Below the pieces are notes generated by a model. It was not told the origin of the DNA. It ran no database searches and worked only from the letters and a program-made list of their open reading frames with translations. From a virus, in UHGV virus genome UHGV-0240317: a stretch of DNA of 64,000 nt; one strand, 5' to 3'. Below, piece by piece: positions 1 through 8,988 of the stretch. How positions within the stretch are numbered: the first letter of the stretch is position 1; every line of letters begins with the position of its first letter. The translations under genes and the position numbers were made by a program.

Positions 1-749
1 TCAGTGGCTGGTACAGAACTGCCAATATCAGAGATTGGGTAAGACTGACCATAGATTCGTTTAGCCGTATACACAGCAGGGAAGCTATCAGTTCCTTTAA
101 AGCTGGTTAAGTGGCCTACAGCATTAAATGCGTCATCAGTAAAGCCGGACATACCACGCATAGCAAAGTCATGGCACTGATAAGGCAAATGTAAGTCGTT
201 GTCACAAGTAAGGTCAGCCCACTTCTTACAGATACGTTTGTAGTGCAATGCAATAGTTGCAATGGTACAAGCCTTCCAAATCTCAGCAGAGAAAGCATCT
301 TCCAGATAACCTGCTACCCAATGGAAACCTGAAACAGTGTTCTGAAAAACAATCATCGGAACACGCATAGGGACAACCGTGCCTTCTTCTACAGCGTATA
401 CTTCAACTGGTAGATAACCTAAGTCGTGAAGTGCTTCCCAATGCTCTCGACCGATAGCATCTTTACCCAGAACACCATTCATGACTTCTAAGATTTCGTC
501 AATTGCTTCTTTTTTATCACGTTCAAAGAAGGTGGCATTCCAATGGTCTATCAAGTAATCTTTAACGAAACGTTGAATACCAAAAGCCACTACACCATCA
601 ATTACTAAGGGGCTGTTAAACCACTTATCACTACGTGGTGTCAGGTTCAACATAAGATATTGCGTAGCATCTGGATACTGATATATATGTGATGCCTTGT
701 AAGCATCTGCATTAAGACCTGCTGGTACTGCATAAAGTGATTTAGTCAT
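1..749 (-). CDS. nicotinamide phosphoribosyltransferase-like protein (NadV/NAMPT family), N-terminal part only; gene runs off the window start
   Basis: Minus-strand translation from ATG at 749 reads MTKSLYAVPAGLNADAYKASHIYQYP...HDFAMRGMSGF...SFKGTDS, resembling NAMPT N-terminal motifs; preceded by GAGAGAG RBS; not in ORF track because it has no stop in window. Confidence 0.7.
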   Translation of the reverse strand, partial: MTKSLYAVPAGLNADAYKASHIYQYPDATQYLMLNLTPRSDKWFNSPLVIDGVVAFGIQRFVKDYLIDHWNATFFERDKKEAIDEILEVMNGVLGKDAIGREHWEALHDLGYLPVEVYAVEEGTVVPMRVPMIVFQNTVSGFHWVAGYLEDAFSAEIWKACTIATIALHYKRICKKWADLTCDNDLHLPYQCHDFAMRGMSGFTDDAFNAVGHLTSFKGTDSFPAVYTAKRIYGQSYPISDIGSSVPAT

Positions 750-757
750 CTTTTAAT

Positions 758-785
758 CTCTCTCAAAATGGGGCTTTCAAGCCCC
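758..785 (-). terminator. GC hairpin (GGGGCTT gaa AGCCCC) followed by U-run, between prs-like and NAMPT-like genes
   Basis: Inverted repeat 770-785 with AUUUUGAG on minus strand. Confidence 0.4.
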
Positions 786-794
786 TATAAACTT

Positions 795-1676
795 TCAATC
801 AAGGTTTGCTACAGTAACTTGACCATAATGTGTTAAGCCACGGTCTTTAGCTTCGCCTAAAGAGTTTGTAGTGTAAATATGGTCGATACCGTTGTCAAGA
901 AGGTTTTCAACACCTTTAGAGAAGATACCATGTGTTACATAAAGCTCAACACGTTTTGCACCTGCTTCACGTAGGTGTTTAGCTGCCTCTACGAAGGTTC
1001 GACCACCATCACAGATATCATCAAGAATCATGACGGTTTTATCGGTCAAATCAACATCGTCAAGGATTCGCATACCAGTGATTTCTCCAGTCTTAAGATT
1101 TCGCACCTTAGACATTGTGATATATGGTTTATCCACCTCTTTAGCAGTCTCTGCAATCTTCTTAGAAGCACCTGCATCTGGGGCTACTAAGTAATCAATT
1201 AGAGGGTCATTTGCATAGTGGACTGCAATCTCCTTTTGAGGAATACTTTGGAAGCAGTTAAACAGGTTATCTGGTACATAACTGTGAGGGTCAACTGCAC
1301 AGACTGCACCAAATCCCATTGCATTTACCTGTTTAGCAAAAACCTTTAAAGCTGCTGCGTCGCCTTTAAACATGTGACGGTCATATCGTGCATTTGGTAA
1401 GTAGTAAAAGATGACAGTCTTCATGGCATAATCATGAGGAACTAAATCATCAATTGCTTCTTTAGCAAGTGCCACAGCAAACAATGTGTCTTTGTCATAA
1501 CCCTTTACAATCATAACCACATTGTTAATAGATGATGCTGCATAAGCAGTAAAATCAACAAGCTCTTGTGAAAAGTGTCCACCAATCTCACCAGAAGGAA
1601 ATTGGATAATGTTAAACTCTTCTTCATGAGTTCCTTTAGTTGGTGAATGAACTGTAACACGGATAGATGTTTTCAT
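795..1676 (-). CDS. ribose-phosphate pyrophosphokinase (PRPP synthetase)-like protein; candidate ADP-ribose pyrophosphokinase of a NAD+ reconstitution pair
   Basis: 293 aa; PRPP-binding loop ILDDICDGGRT and Prs-like N-terminal domain; ATG start with GAGAGAG RBS. Confidence 0.7.
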   Translation of the reverse strand: MKTSIRVTVHSPTKGTHEEEFNIIQFPSGEIGGHFSQELVDFTAYAASSINNVVMIVKGYDKDTLFAVALAKEAIDDLVPHDYAMKTVIFYYLPNARYDRHMFKGDAAALKVFAKQVNAMGFGAVCAVDPHSYVPDNLFNCFQSIPQKEIAVHYANDPLIDYLVAPDAGASKKIAETAKEVDKPYITMSKVRNLKTGEITGMRILDDVDLTDKTVMILDDICDGGRTFVEAAKHLREAGAKRVELYVTHGIFSKGVENLLDNGIDHIYTTNSLGEAKDRGLTHYGQVTVANLD

Positions 1677-1805
1677 AGTTTTCTCTCTCTCTCAATCAAA
1701 GGTTACGTTTGTTACTGATATTGCAGCAGAACGTTTTAGGTTTGACAGATACATATCATCTCCAAAATAAAAAGGGAACCTTTACAGTTCCCCTATAGTA
1801 TCTGT

Positions 1806-2126
1806 TTACTGAGCTACTTTCAAGATGCTTGTGAATGAAATCTCACTCTCATCCATAAACTCTTTTGCTTCCCCAGTAACTTTTACAAAGTTATCTAGGC
1901 AGATAATCTTCTTATCTTTCTTGCTGTAGGTTAGCTTAACCTTTTCAATATCTTTCTTAGAGCTTTTCTCTTCATTAAAGAGCTTCACAGCTTCTTTGAA
2001 TGGAAGGTATGAGCCATCATCATCGCTAATAAAACCTGTACCACAATAGTAGAAGTTATACTCTTTAGCCATAAACTTGCACAGTACGAAAATCTGTAAT
2101 TTACGAGTGTTATAAACTTTGCTCAT
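1806..2126 (-). CDS. hypothetical protein
   Basis: 106-aa ORF in compact minus-strand gene array. Confidence 0.45.
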   Translation of the reverse strand: MSKVYNTRKLQIFVLCKFMAKEYNFYYCGTGFISDDDGSYLPFKEAVKLFNEEKSSKKDIEKVKLTYSKKDKKIICLDNFVKVTGEAKEFMDESEISFTSILKVAQ

Positions 2127-2128
2127 GA

Positions 2129-2386
2129 TTATTTAGCCTTCTTATTACGTTTACGGTTACGAGATTTCTTAGCTGCTCGTTTAATAGCTGCTGCACCAGA
2201 CGGACGATGGGCTTGTTTCTTACCACCTTTGCCACGGCCTACATAGATACTTTTCATAATCTCACTAGCCATCTTCTCATCCATCTTGAAGTTCTGCATA
2301 AGATGAGTCACATCAACACCAGTGAGCATACCTAATGAAGCTAGTGCTGCTTTTACTTTTGATTTAAAACTGTTCCAGAGTCCCAT
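2129..2386 (-). CDS. hypothetical protein with highly basic C-terminus
   Basis: 85-aa ORF; C-terminal KKSRNRKRNKKAK. Confidence 0.45.
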   Translation of the reverse strand: MGLWNSFKSKVKAALASLGMLTGVDVTHLMQNFKMDEKMASEIMKSIYVGRGKGGKKQAHRPSGAAAIKRAAKKSRNRKRNKKAK

Positions 2387-2730
2387 TTCGTATCTCTCTC
2401 AACCTTTTCACAAAAGGTTTTAAGTTCTTCTTCAGTGACACCAACAATATTGTCGCCGACGTTTAAATTTGTTTTGTAGAACATTGTGTAGTTACCTTTA
2501 CCGACAACTTCAAATGCTCCAGCCTTCTCAATCTCTGCTAAGGCTTCCATTCCAACATTACCGAAAAGGAAGTTTGTATACTTTCTCCATTCATCAAGTA
2601 GCTCGGTCTTAACTTTATAAGTACCCAATAAAGCACTGTTAAAAGAAAGAACCATTACCTCACCTTTTCCGTAACCCACTTTACGACGAGACTTACTCGG
2701 CTCTCCACTGACAATCACCTTGCCACCCAT
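2353..2730 (-). CDS. hypothetical protein (start uncertain: 2730 or 2655)
   Basis: ORF-track frame 2353-2811 overlaps nrdG; internal ATGs at 2730 and 2655 both have purine-rich upstream sequence. Confidence 0.35.
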   Translation of the reverse strand: MGGKVIVSGEPSKSRRKVGYGKGEVMVLSFNSALLGTYKVKTELLDEWRKYTNFLFGNVGMEALAEIEKAGAFEVVGKGNYTMFYKTNLNVGDNIVGVTEEELKTFCEKVERDTKWDSGTVLNQK

Positions 2731-3178
2731 ACTCTTTTCTCCAGAGGTTTTGGTTATCAGAACCACGATATGGTTTAACTGTTGGTTTAGATGAATCATA
2801 CTTACCATCAATCACCACGTCAACATATTTCATTACATCTAGGTGAATTTTTTCGTGTAACTGAAAACCTGTCCAAAGCCATATAGACTTTTCTGGATAA
2901 ACAGTTTTAATACGCTTGCATATGTTGGTGACCTCTTGAATGTTTCTGTCATCCAGAGGTTCTCCACCAAGTATTGACAGCCCACTGACGGCATTATCAT
3001 CCATTAACTTAATGATGCCATAAAGGTTTGCATAAGTGAACTCTTTACCAGCATTAAACTTCCAAGACTCCCTGTTAAAGCAGCCTTCACAGTGATGCTT
3101 ACAACCAGCTACGAAGAGGCTTACACGAACCCCTTCACCATTAGCTGTGTCAAATGGTCGAATCTCCATGTAATTCAT
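2693..3178 (-). CDS. nrdG: anaerobic ribonucleotide reductase activating protein (radical SAM)
   Basis: 161 aa; cysteine cluster GCKHHCEGCFN and glycine-rich SAM region LSILGGEPL; adjacent to nrdD. Confidence 0.8.
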   Translation of the reverse strand: MNYMEIRPFDTANGEGVRVSLFVAGCKHHCEGCFNRESWKFNAGKEFTYANLYGIIKLMDDNAVSGLSILGGEPLDDRNIQEVTNICKRIKTVYPEKSIWLWTGFQLHEKIHLDVMKYVDVVIDGKYDSSKPTVKPYRGSDNQNLWRKEYGWQGDCQWRAE

Positions 3179-3187
3179 CTAGTTACC

Positions 3188-3487
3188 TCACCAATACATA
3201 TAAGTGTTCTTAGCGGCTTTCTTTGGAGACTTGCTATCAATGTCAAAGTCTTCATCTAAGAAGGCTGTCTTAGAAAGCTGCCTGATTTGTGTTCTTGTAA
3301 GACGTTTAGTAGCCTTCTTAATCTCCCTACAAGGTTGACTTGTAAAGTCATAAGAGCCACCTTTTCTGGACATCATATCAGAATGGAAGTAGACATCTGA
3401 AGCATTTTCTCTGTTACGTACCTCATTTCTCCACTCATAGAGTCCATGAACGTTCTTTAAACCTTTTCTTCGAATTGTTTTACTCAT
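3188..3487 (-). CDS. hypothetical protein
   Basis: 99-aa ORF. Confidence 0.4.
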   Translation of the reverse strand: MSKTIRRKGLKNVHGLYEWRNEVRNRENASDVYFHSDMMSRKGGSYDFTSQPCREIKKATKRLTRTQIRQLSKTAFLDEDFDIDSKSPKKAAKNTYMYW

Positions 3488-3879
3488 TTAAACACCACCT
3501 GACAAGGAACCTGTTTAGTAATAAATTCTTCACAGTGCTCTTTAATGAAGTTTTGTAGTGGCACACAGTCTTGTGCACAAGTCATTAGCATAATGTACTC
3601 TGGATTCATGATGTTTTCAAGACTGTAGAAGACAACATCATCAGATAGTTCGTGACCATCTTCTTCAGACCAAGTTCCAGTGACTACAGCTAATTTGTCA
3701 AGCAATTCATTAGGCAATGCTACACCATCTTCTACAGAATCACTTAGAACGTTGTCGCCGATATACAATGTGAAGACCGTGTGGAATGTTGAGTATCTTA
3801 CATGATTCTTTTCACAAGAGCCACACTCTGAGGCATAATCTTTAATCCACTCTAACTGTTTTTGGCTCAACTTAATCAT
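3484..3879 (-). CDS. hypothetical protein
   Basis: 131-aa ORF with overlapping stop/start to neighbours. Confidence 0.45.
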   Translation of the reverse strand: MIKLSQKQLEWIKDYASECGSCEKNHVRYSTFHTVFTLYIGDNVLSDSVEDGVALPNELLDKLAVVTGTWSEEDGHELSDDVVFYSLENIMNPEYIMLMTCAQDCVPLQNFIKEHCEEFITKQVPCQVVFK

Positions 3880-4076
3880 AATTTCACCTTAGTTGGTAAT
3901 GCACTGAATGCTATGACTAACCCTAAAAATGGTTTGAAGCATGACCATAAATCCATCTGACCATGATATGAGAAACTCCATTGTGGGTCTGAAAAACCCC
4001 ATACCATAACACTAACCCCAAAGAAGAAGACTAGAATATGGAGTATGTATATCAACGCTTTTGATATCTTAAACAT
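3876..4076 (-). CDS. hypothetical small membrane protein
   Basis: 66 aa, hydrophobic segment ALIYILHILVFFFGVSVMVWGF. Confidence 0.4.
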   Translation of the reverse strand: MFKISKALIYILHILVFFFGVSVMVWGFSDPQWSFSYHGQMDLWSCFKPFLGLVIAFSALPTKVKL

Positions 4077-4229
4077 TTTAACTTACCTTTCAATTCGCAA
4101 TAAGAGAGTCATAAAAAGAACCCTAGTAAGACAGAACCTATGAACAACCCAATAATACTCTCTGCCATATCTAACATCCAATAAAAAGGTGATGTAAGCC
4201 TATCAAGACTCACACCACCATGTCAAGTT

Positions 4230-5177
4230 TTACATAGAAACCCTATCCTTAATTTCTGCCATCTTAGCGTCATTCATTCGAGACTGACCTTTAATTTTTG
4301 TGAATGACAAGTACCCGCACACCCTGTTAATCACAGAGATATCGTGTGAATGGCAAACCTCACACTCTTCAACATCAGCCTTTGGTCTGTTACCACAATG
4401 TTCACAGATTGCTAAGTCAAAGTTAAGTCCCTGATAGAAACCTTTCAACATCCCTCTTGTAATACAACTTTTAAGTGCTGATAAGTTTTCTGGATTAGCT
4501 ACCCTTACATACTGGATTCTGCCGCCTCTACAGATATGGAAGAAGGGTTCTTCTAAGTCCTGCTTCTCAAATGGTGAGATGTTTGCTGCAACATTCATAT
4601 GGAAACTGTTTGTGAAGTATTCCTTGTCAGAAACACCTTTAATAATCCCAAACATCTCTCTGAACTGTTTTAGCTGAGTTCCGCAAAGTGATTCTGCTGG
4701 AGTACCATAGACGGCATATAAGAAGCCATCTTCATTTTTAAACTCTTCGGTTTTCATGTTGATGTATGCCAGAACATCATATGCAAAGCTATAGTTTCCA
4801 ACTTCATGAAGTCGTTTACCTTCAGCAAGAACAGACAACTCATCAAGCGCAGTAACACCAAAAGAAGCTGTGAAGGACTTCACAATATCCCAACCAACCT
4901 TGTCAGTAGGCTTCTTAGTTCCTTTGTACAGACCACCTTGTGTAAATGCAAGAGGGTTAGAACTTGCTGGCATATTAGCAATCATTTCATAGCGTTTCTT
5001 GTGGAAACTACGAATCATCTCTAGGTACTTATCAAGCTCTTTCCAGAAATCTAAACCATTCTCTTTAGAGTACTGGTAAATCATCGGTAAGTTCAAAGAT
5101 ACAGCACCAATGTTTGCACGACCTACATAAAACTCTTCACCATATTCGTTATGGTATGGTGATAAAAATGCTCTACA
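4230..5177 (-). CDS. nrdD: anaerobic ribonucleoside-triphosphate reductase, exon 2 (C-terminal part with glycyl-radical motif)
   Basis: Open frame begins CRAFLSPYHNEYGEEF upstream of the ORF-track start; C-terminus has Cys cluster CEHCG...CEVCHSHD and glycyl radical motif RVCGYL; junction with exon 1 gives ...VISPMG|CRAFLSP... Confidence 0.8.
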   Translation of the reverse strand, partial: CRAFLSPYHNEYGEEFYVGRANIGAVSLNLPMIYQYSKENGLDFWKELDKYLEMIRSFHKKRYEMIANMPASSNPLAFTQGGLYKGTKKPTDKVGWDIVKSFTASFGVTALDELSVLAEGKRLHEVGNYSFAYDVLAYINMKTEEFKNEDGFLYAVYGTPAESLCGTQLKQFREMFGIIKGVSDKEYFTNSFHMNVAANISPFEKQDLEEPFFHICRGGRIQYVRVANPENLSALKSCITRGMLKGFYQGLNFDLAICEHCGNRPKADVEECEVCHSHDISVINRVCGYLSFTKIKGQSRMNDAKMAEIKDRVSM

Positions 5178-5919
5178 CTTGTTGTTCAGGTAAGTTCGCT
5201 AAGCTTACCCCGCTTTATTCAAGCTGCTTACTGTCGCCAGTAAGTCCAGACTATATCTTCTACTTATTTCTAAGTAGCGTACCATTTCGAGTCGCTTGAC
5301 CCTACACCGCTACATTCATCACGGTTAGTCGTTCGGCATTTAGATGTATTCAAACTCATATTCGAAGTTATTATGCTCTTTTACACCCTTCAATATTGAA
5401 GAGATGGTCTTGCGATTGTGTCCAAGTATATTGGATAACTCTCGTATTGACTTAGTAACAATAACTTCCTTTGTCACTTTGTGTGTGGCTTTCACGGCAT
5501 ATGAACGCTTGTGGAACTTGTAGCACCCGTTCTCATAACCCTCTTTAGCATTCTCAGAATGAGTACCCCATTCTAAGTTGGATGCGTGGTTATTTAGTTT
5601 GTTATCGTCCTTATGTTTTACAATTGGAAGATTATTTGGGTTAGGTACATATTTCTCAGCAACTAACCTGTGGACATACATGTCACGATTCTTCTTACCG
5701 TAAAACCTCACTTTCATATACCCAGTGTTGGATTTCCACTGCGTAAGCTCTACACCATTTTCCCTAAAGACTTTTCTATCTTCAGTGACGTGATAGTTTG
5801 GCATGTAAGACTCCTATGTTGTATAGTTTCTTACATCGTACATCATTTAGCACAGGATTGTCTACATCTGTAGAGTTTCCCTGTTTAGGCACGTTTTAGA
5901 TGAGCTATAGAGCTTGTTA
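5178..5919 (-). mobile_element. group I self-splicing intron in nrdD (with embedded HNH homing endonuclease ORF)
   Basis: Exon 1 ends with U (…AUGGGU|UAA), intron ends with G (…CUGAACAACAAG|); core elements CTAAACAGGGAAACTCTACAGATGTAGACAATCCTGTGCTAAAT and GTAGGGTCAAGCGACTCGAAATGG ... ATATAGTCTGGAC closely resemble the T4 td/nrd group IA2 intron core as remembered. Confidence 0.8.
5340..5804 (-). CDS. HNH homing endonuclease (intron-encoded)
   Basis: 154 aa; HNH motif HKDDNKLNNHASNLEWGTHSEN; ATG with AGGAG RBS; lies inside nrdD intron. Confidence 0.75.
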   Translation of the reverse strand: MPNYHVTEDRKVFRENGVELTQWKSNTGYMKVRFYGKKNRDMYVHRLVAEKYVPNPNNLPIVKHKDDNKLNNHASNLEWGTHSENAKEGYENGCYKFHKRSYAVKATHKVTKEVIVTKSIRELSNILGHNRKTISSILKGVKEHNNFEYEFEYI

Positions 5920-7116
5920 ACCCATCGGTGAAATAACCTTACCAGAACGCTCAAAAGCCTCTGCTACAGCACCATGACCAGATACACTTAAGAAGTCTGG
6001 ATACATTGCTTTAGAGCAACACTCAATAGCTTTACTGTACAGGTGACTTTGACAGATATTTTCATCATGTCTCTTCTGGTCATAAATATAAACCAGTTTA
6101 GGGAATACAACAGGTTTTTTGCTCTTGCCTTGTCCATTCATACGAACATCTAGGAGAGTACTTGCAATCATGTATTGTAGTCGATTATCCTCATTAGACA
6201 TATCTGAGTCAAGTAAACCAAATGTTAAAGTTGTGAATGCAAAATCACCACGGCTACAAGGTACGGTATTTAGTTTCATCTCAAGTGACTGAAAACCTTG
6301 AGTCAGTTCAATTTGTAACTGCTCCATTACATAATTGTGGTAATGCTCTTTAGGAATACCATAAGATGATGCTTTCTCAGCATGATAGCGTAGAGACTTC
6401 TTAGCATACGGTACAAGTACCTTATCAATCTCTGCTAAAGTAAAACCACCAAATTGCTGTGCAGTTGCTGAAAGTACTACGTCACCAATAACCTGCAACG
6501 CTGACAGTACAGATTTAGGTTCACAGTACTCAATGCCGGACATTTCAAAGCCACCTTTTAGTACTTTACCAATGTCAAACAGGCAACAGTTAATACCACC
6601 AAAAATCAGGTCTCTCAAATCGTGGATATAGATAAAGCCTTTCTCAATGGCTTCAAGTTCCTCTGGTGTTAGATGATACTGTTTAAAGATTTCTTTAGTC
6701 AGGTAACCACGGATAATTGAACCTTTCGTAGAAATTAAACTGCTGTCAAAGTTAGCATTTTCACGGTCACCTAAGAAGAGTGTATCTTTGGTCTTCTGGT
6801 AAAGCTCATCCCAATTTTGAGCAACTTCTTTACGGTAATTTCTATATGTTGAGTAAGACTCATAAATCTCGTGATTGACTTCTGCCAAAGCACCCTCAAC
6901 AATACTGTGAATATCATTTACAGAAATTAGCAAATTATTCTGCTTAGTGGACTTTACCAGAATCCTCATAAATGCTGACTCAAGAGCTTGGGTAACATCT
7001 GGTGGAAGTTCTTTATATCCAACCCTGTTAGCTGACTTTGTGACTGCTGCTAAAACTTTTTTGATATCAGGTTCTTCAAGTGAGCCATTCTTTTTAATAA
7101 TCTGTACTTTGTTCAT
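5920..7116 (-). CDS. nrdD: anaerobic ribonucleoside-triphosphate reductase, exon 1 (N-terminal ATP-cone and catalytic core)
   Basis: 399 codons starting MNKVQIIKKNGSLEEPDIKKV (ATP-cone-like); ends ...YPDFLSVSGHGAVAEAFERSGKVISPMG immediately before intron-borne stop. Confidence 0.8.
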
Positions 7117-7130
7117 TATTACCCCTTTAC

Positions 7131-7156
7131 ATGCTAAAAAGGTCTCCGAAGAGACC
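7131..7156 (-). terminator. hairpin with UUCG tetraloop (GGTCTC ttcg GAGACC) plus U-run, immediately upstream of nrdD
   Basis: Inverted repeat 7141-7156 followed on minus strand by UUUUUAGCAU. Confidence 0.45.
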
Positions 7157-7164
7157 CTTTCATT

Positions 7165-7371
7165 TTAAATCTTTTTAGAAAACTTCGCAAAGAGTTCTCT
7201 TAGTTTTTCAGCGATACCTAACTGTATCTCTAATATTTCGAAGATAACCCATAGTAACATGGCTCCAAACAATGAACCTTGTTCAAAGTCAGTAAATAGG
7301 TTAACGATAAGCATACCAATCACAATAGCTGGTGCATCAACAACCAAACCTTCCCAAATGCGTTTAAGCAT
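7165..7371 (-). CDS. hypothetical small membrane protein
   Basis: 68 aa, hydrophobic core VVDAPAIVIGMLIVNLF. Confidence 0.4.
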   Translation of the reverse strand: MLKRIWEGLVVDAPAIVIGMLIVNLFTDFEQGSLFGAMLLWVIFEILEIQLGIAEKLRELFAKFSKKI

Positions 7372-7606
7372 TATTCACCTCTGCCATAAAATTCTGTAGC
7401 GTACCAACAGGTTTTAGGTTTTGTCCATCAGTTTTCATGATGAATGGCATCTGACGAACTGGCATCTGTGCAATATCCATCAGGTCTGATAGTTCATAGT
7501 CCTGCCCTAACATTCTCACAACATGGTCAATACCACGAGCTTTTGCAAAATTCTTTGCAGTCTCACACTGAGGGCATCCAGTTTTGGAGTAAATTACATA
7601 AGTCAT
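7364..7606 (-). CDS. glutaredoxin/thioredoxin-like redox protein (RNR hydrogen donor)
   Basis: 80 aa; CPQC active-site motif near N-terminus; sits between nrdB and nrdD. Confidence 0.65.
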   Translation of the reverse strand: MTYVIYSKTGCPQCETAKNFAKARGIDHVVRMLGQDYELSDLMDIAQMPVRQMPFIMKTDGQNLKPVGTLQNFMAEVNNA

Positions 7607-8679
7607 TAAGGAACCTCTAAAAATCCACTATTCAAATCATCTACAACAGTATTCAACAGGTACGCACCGTTCTGTTGCTCCTGATTAGCATTCTGCTCTT
7701 TATCAATTTCCATCTTCTTAATCATGTACTTCAAAGGTGGTTCTTTAGGAGCTACAAAATCTCTGGGAATGCCAAACATATCATACAGTGGTGCAGCATT
7801 ATAGTAAACCCACTCATGAAGAAGCTTTGTATTTAAGCCAACTACAGCACGTCCTTCGGAGAAGATATAATACGACCATTTCTCTTCACTTTCAACTACT
7901 TCATCTAAGATTACTTTAATCTCTGGAAGAATTTGTTGAAAAGCTTTCTGCCATTCATCATCTCTTAAAGTTTCTTTTAAAACTTCAATATCAATTTTAG
8001 TGTGAAGGATTTCGTCAAGCATAATTTTCTGAACAGCTTGAGCAATACCCTGAAATTTATCTTGAGCATCAAGTGCAAAAGTACATGCAAAGGATGCCAT
8101 AAAAGATATGCCTTCAAGTGCAGTCACTGCAAATAGACCTTTCAGAATCACTTTATGGAAGTGTAAAGGGTCTTTGTCCAGAAGTGAATCACGGACATAA
8201 CTCAGTCGATAGTTTATACCTTCATCCAGTAATTCTTCAAGAACACGATTCACAGTTTTTAATCGGTCTTGTACAGCAATGTTCTGGTTAATCTCATCTA
8301 AGATTGTTTCAGGATTTTTAATACACTGTCTTACAATCTCCGAGTAAGTAAGAGCATGTAGGTTTTCAATCTCAGACTGCTTCATAATTGCAGTTGCATA
8401 GATGTCATCAGAGATGAATGGTGCAAAAGCAAACGCTAAACTCTTAGCAACTTGGGTATCTGCTTCCCACTGCCACTTAAGAATCTCAAGCATTACACCT
8501 GACATTGATGCTGGTACACTCTCAAAATCAAGACGTGATTGTTCAAAAGGGAACTCATCTTCTGACCAGTCTTGTGCTTTTTGTTGTTTATAGAGTTCAA
8601 AGATTTTTGGGTAGTGCTTGTTAAGTGAGTCAAATGTCTTTCTCTCACCACCTAAAAAGATTGGGTGCTGGTTAATCAT
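7606..8679 (-). CDS. nrdB: ribonucleotide reductase class Ia small (beta) subunit
   Basis: Ferritin-like small-subunit sequence; ATG at 8679 overlaps upstream stop (ATGA); follows nrdA. Confidence 0.75.
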   Translation of the reverse strand: MINQHPIFLGGERKTFDSLNKHYPKIFELYKQQKAQDWSEDEFPFEQSRLDFESVPASMSGVMLEILKWQWEADTQVAKSLAFAFAPFISDDIYATAIMKQSEIENLHALTYSEIVRQCIKNPETILDEINQNIAVQDRLKTVNRVLEELLDEGINYRLSYVRDSLLDKDPLHFHKVILKGLFAVTALEGISFMASFACTFALDAQDKFQGIAQAVQKIMLDEILHTKIDIEVLKETLRDDEWQKAFQQILPEIKVILDEVVESEEKWSYYIFSEGRAVVGLNTKLLHEWVYYNAAPLYDMFGIPRDFVAPKEPPLKYMIKKMEIDKEQNANQEQQNGAYLLNTVVDDLNSGFLEVP

Positions 8680-8933
8680 AGCGTGATTTCTCCTTTCTTT
8701 ATCATTTCTAAGGCTTGTTTTCTGTCTAAAACTTCCCAATTTTCTTTGTTAAACATCTCATAAGGTCTTGCATAGATTTTACCATCTGCTGTAGAGATGT
8801 AAGAGATACCAGCAACCCATGAGTCATCATTTTGTTTTATCATCATGTCTGTGCTACTCACATAGTACATCGTTTTCCGAGGCTTGTGGAGCAAGTATAT
8901 TGGTCGCTCATGTTTTTCTATTAAATCTTTCAT
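8676..8933 (-). CDS. hypothetical protein between nrdA and nrdB (start uncertain)
   Basis: ORF 8676-9017 overlaps nrdA end; internal Met MKDLIEKHERP at 8933 chosen. Confidence 0.35.
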   Translation of the reverse strand: MKDLIEKHERPIYLLHKPRKTMYYVSSTDMMIKQNDDSWVAGISYISTADGKIYARPYEMFNKENWEVLDRKQALEMIKKGEITL

Positions 8934-8988
8934 GGTCTCTCCAAAGTTATTTTTAGAGGGTCTTTTACGACCCTCATAGTTATTAAAA

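Noticed and set aside
4230-7116. Two separate nrdD-fragment genes or an nrdD pseudogene
   Set aside because: The exon junction restores a continuous reading frame (SPMG|CRAFLSP) and the intervening sequence has a group I intron core.
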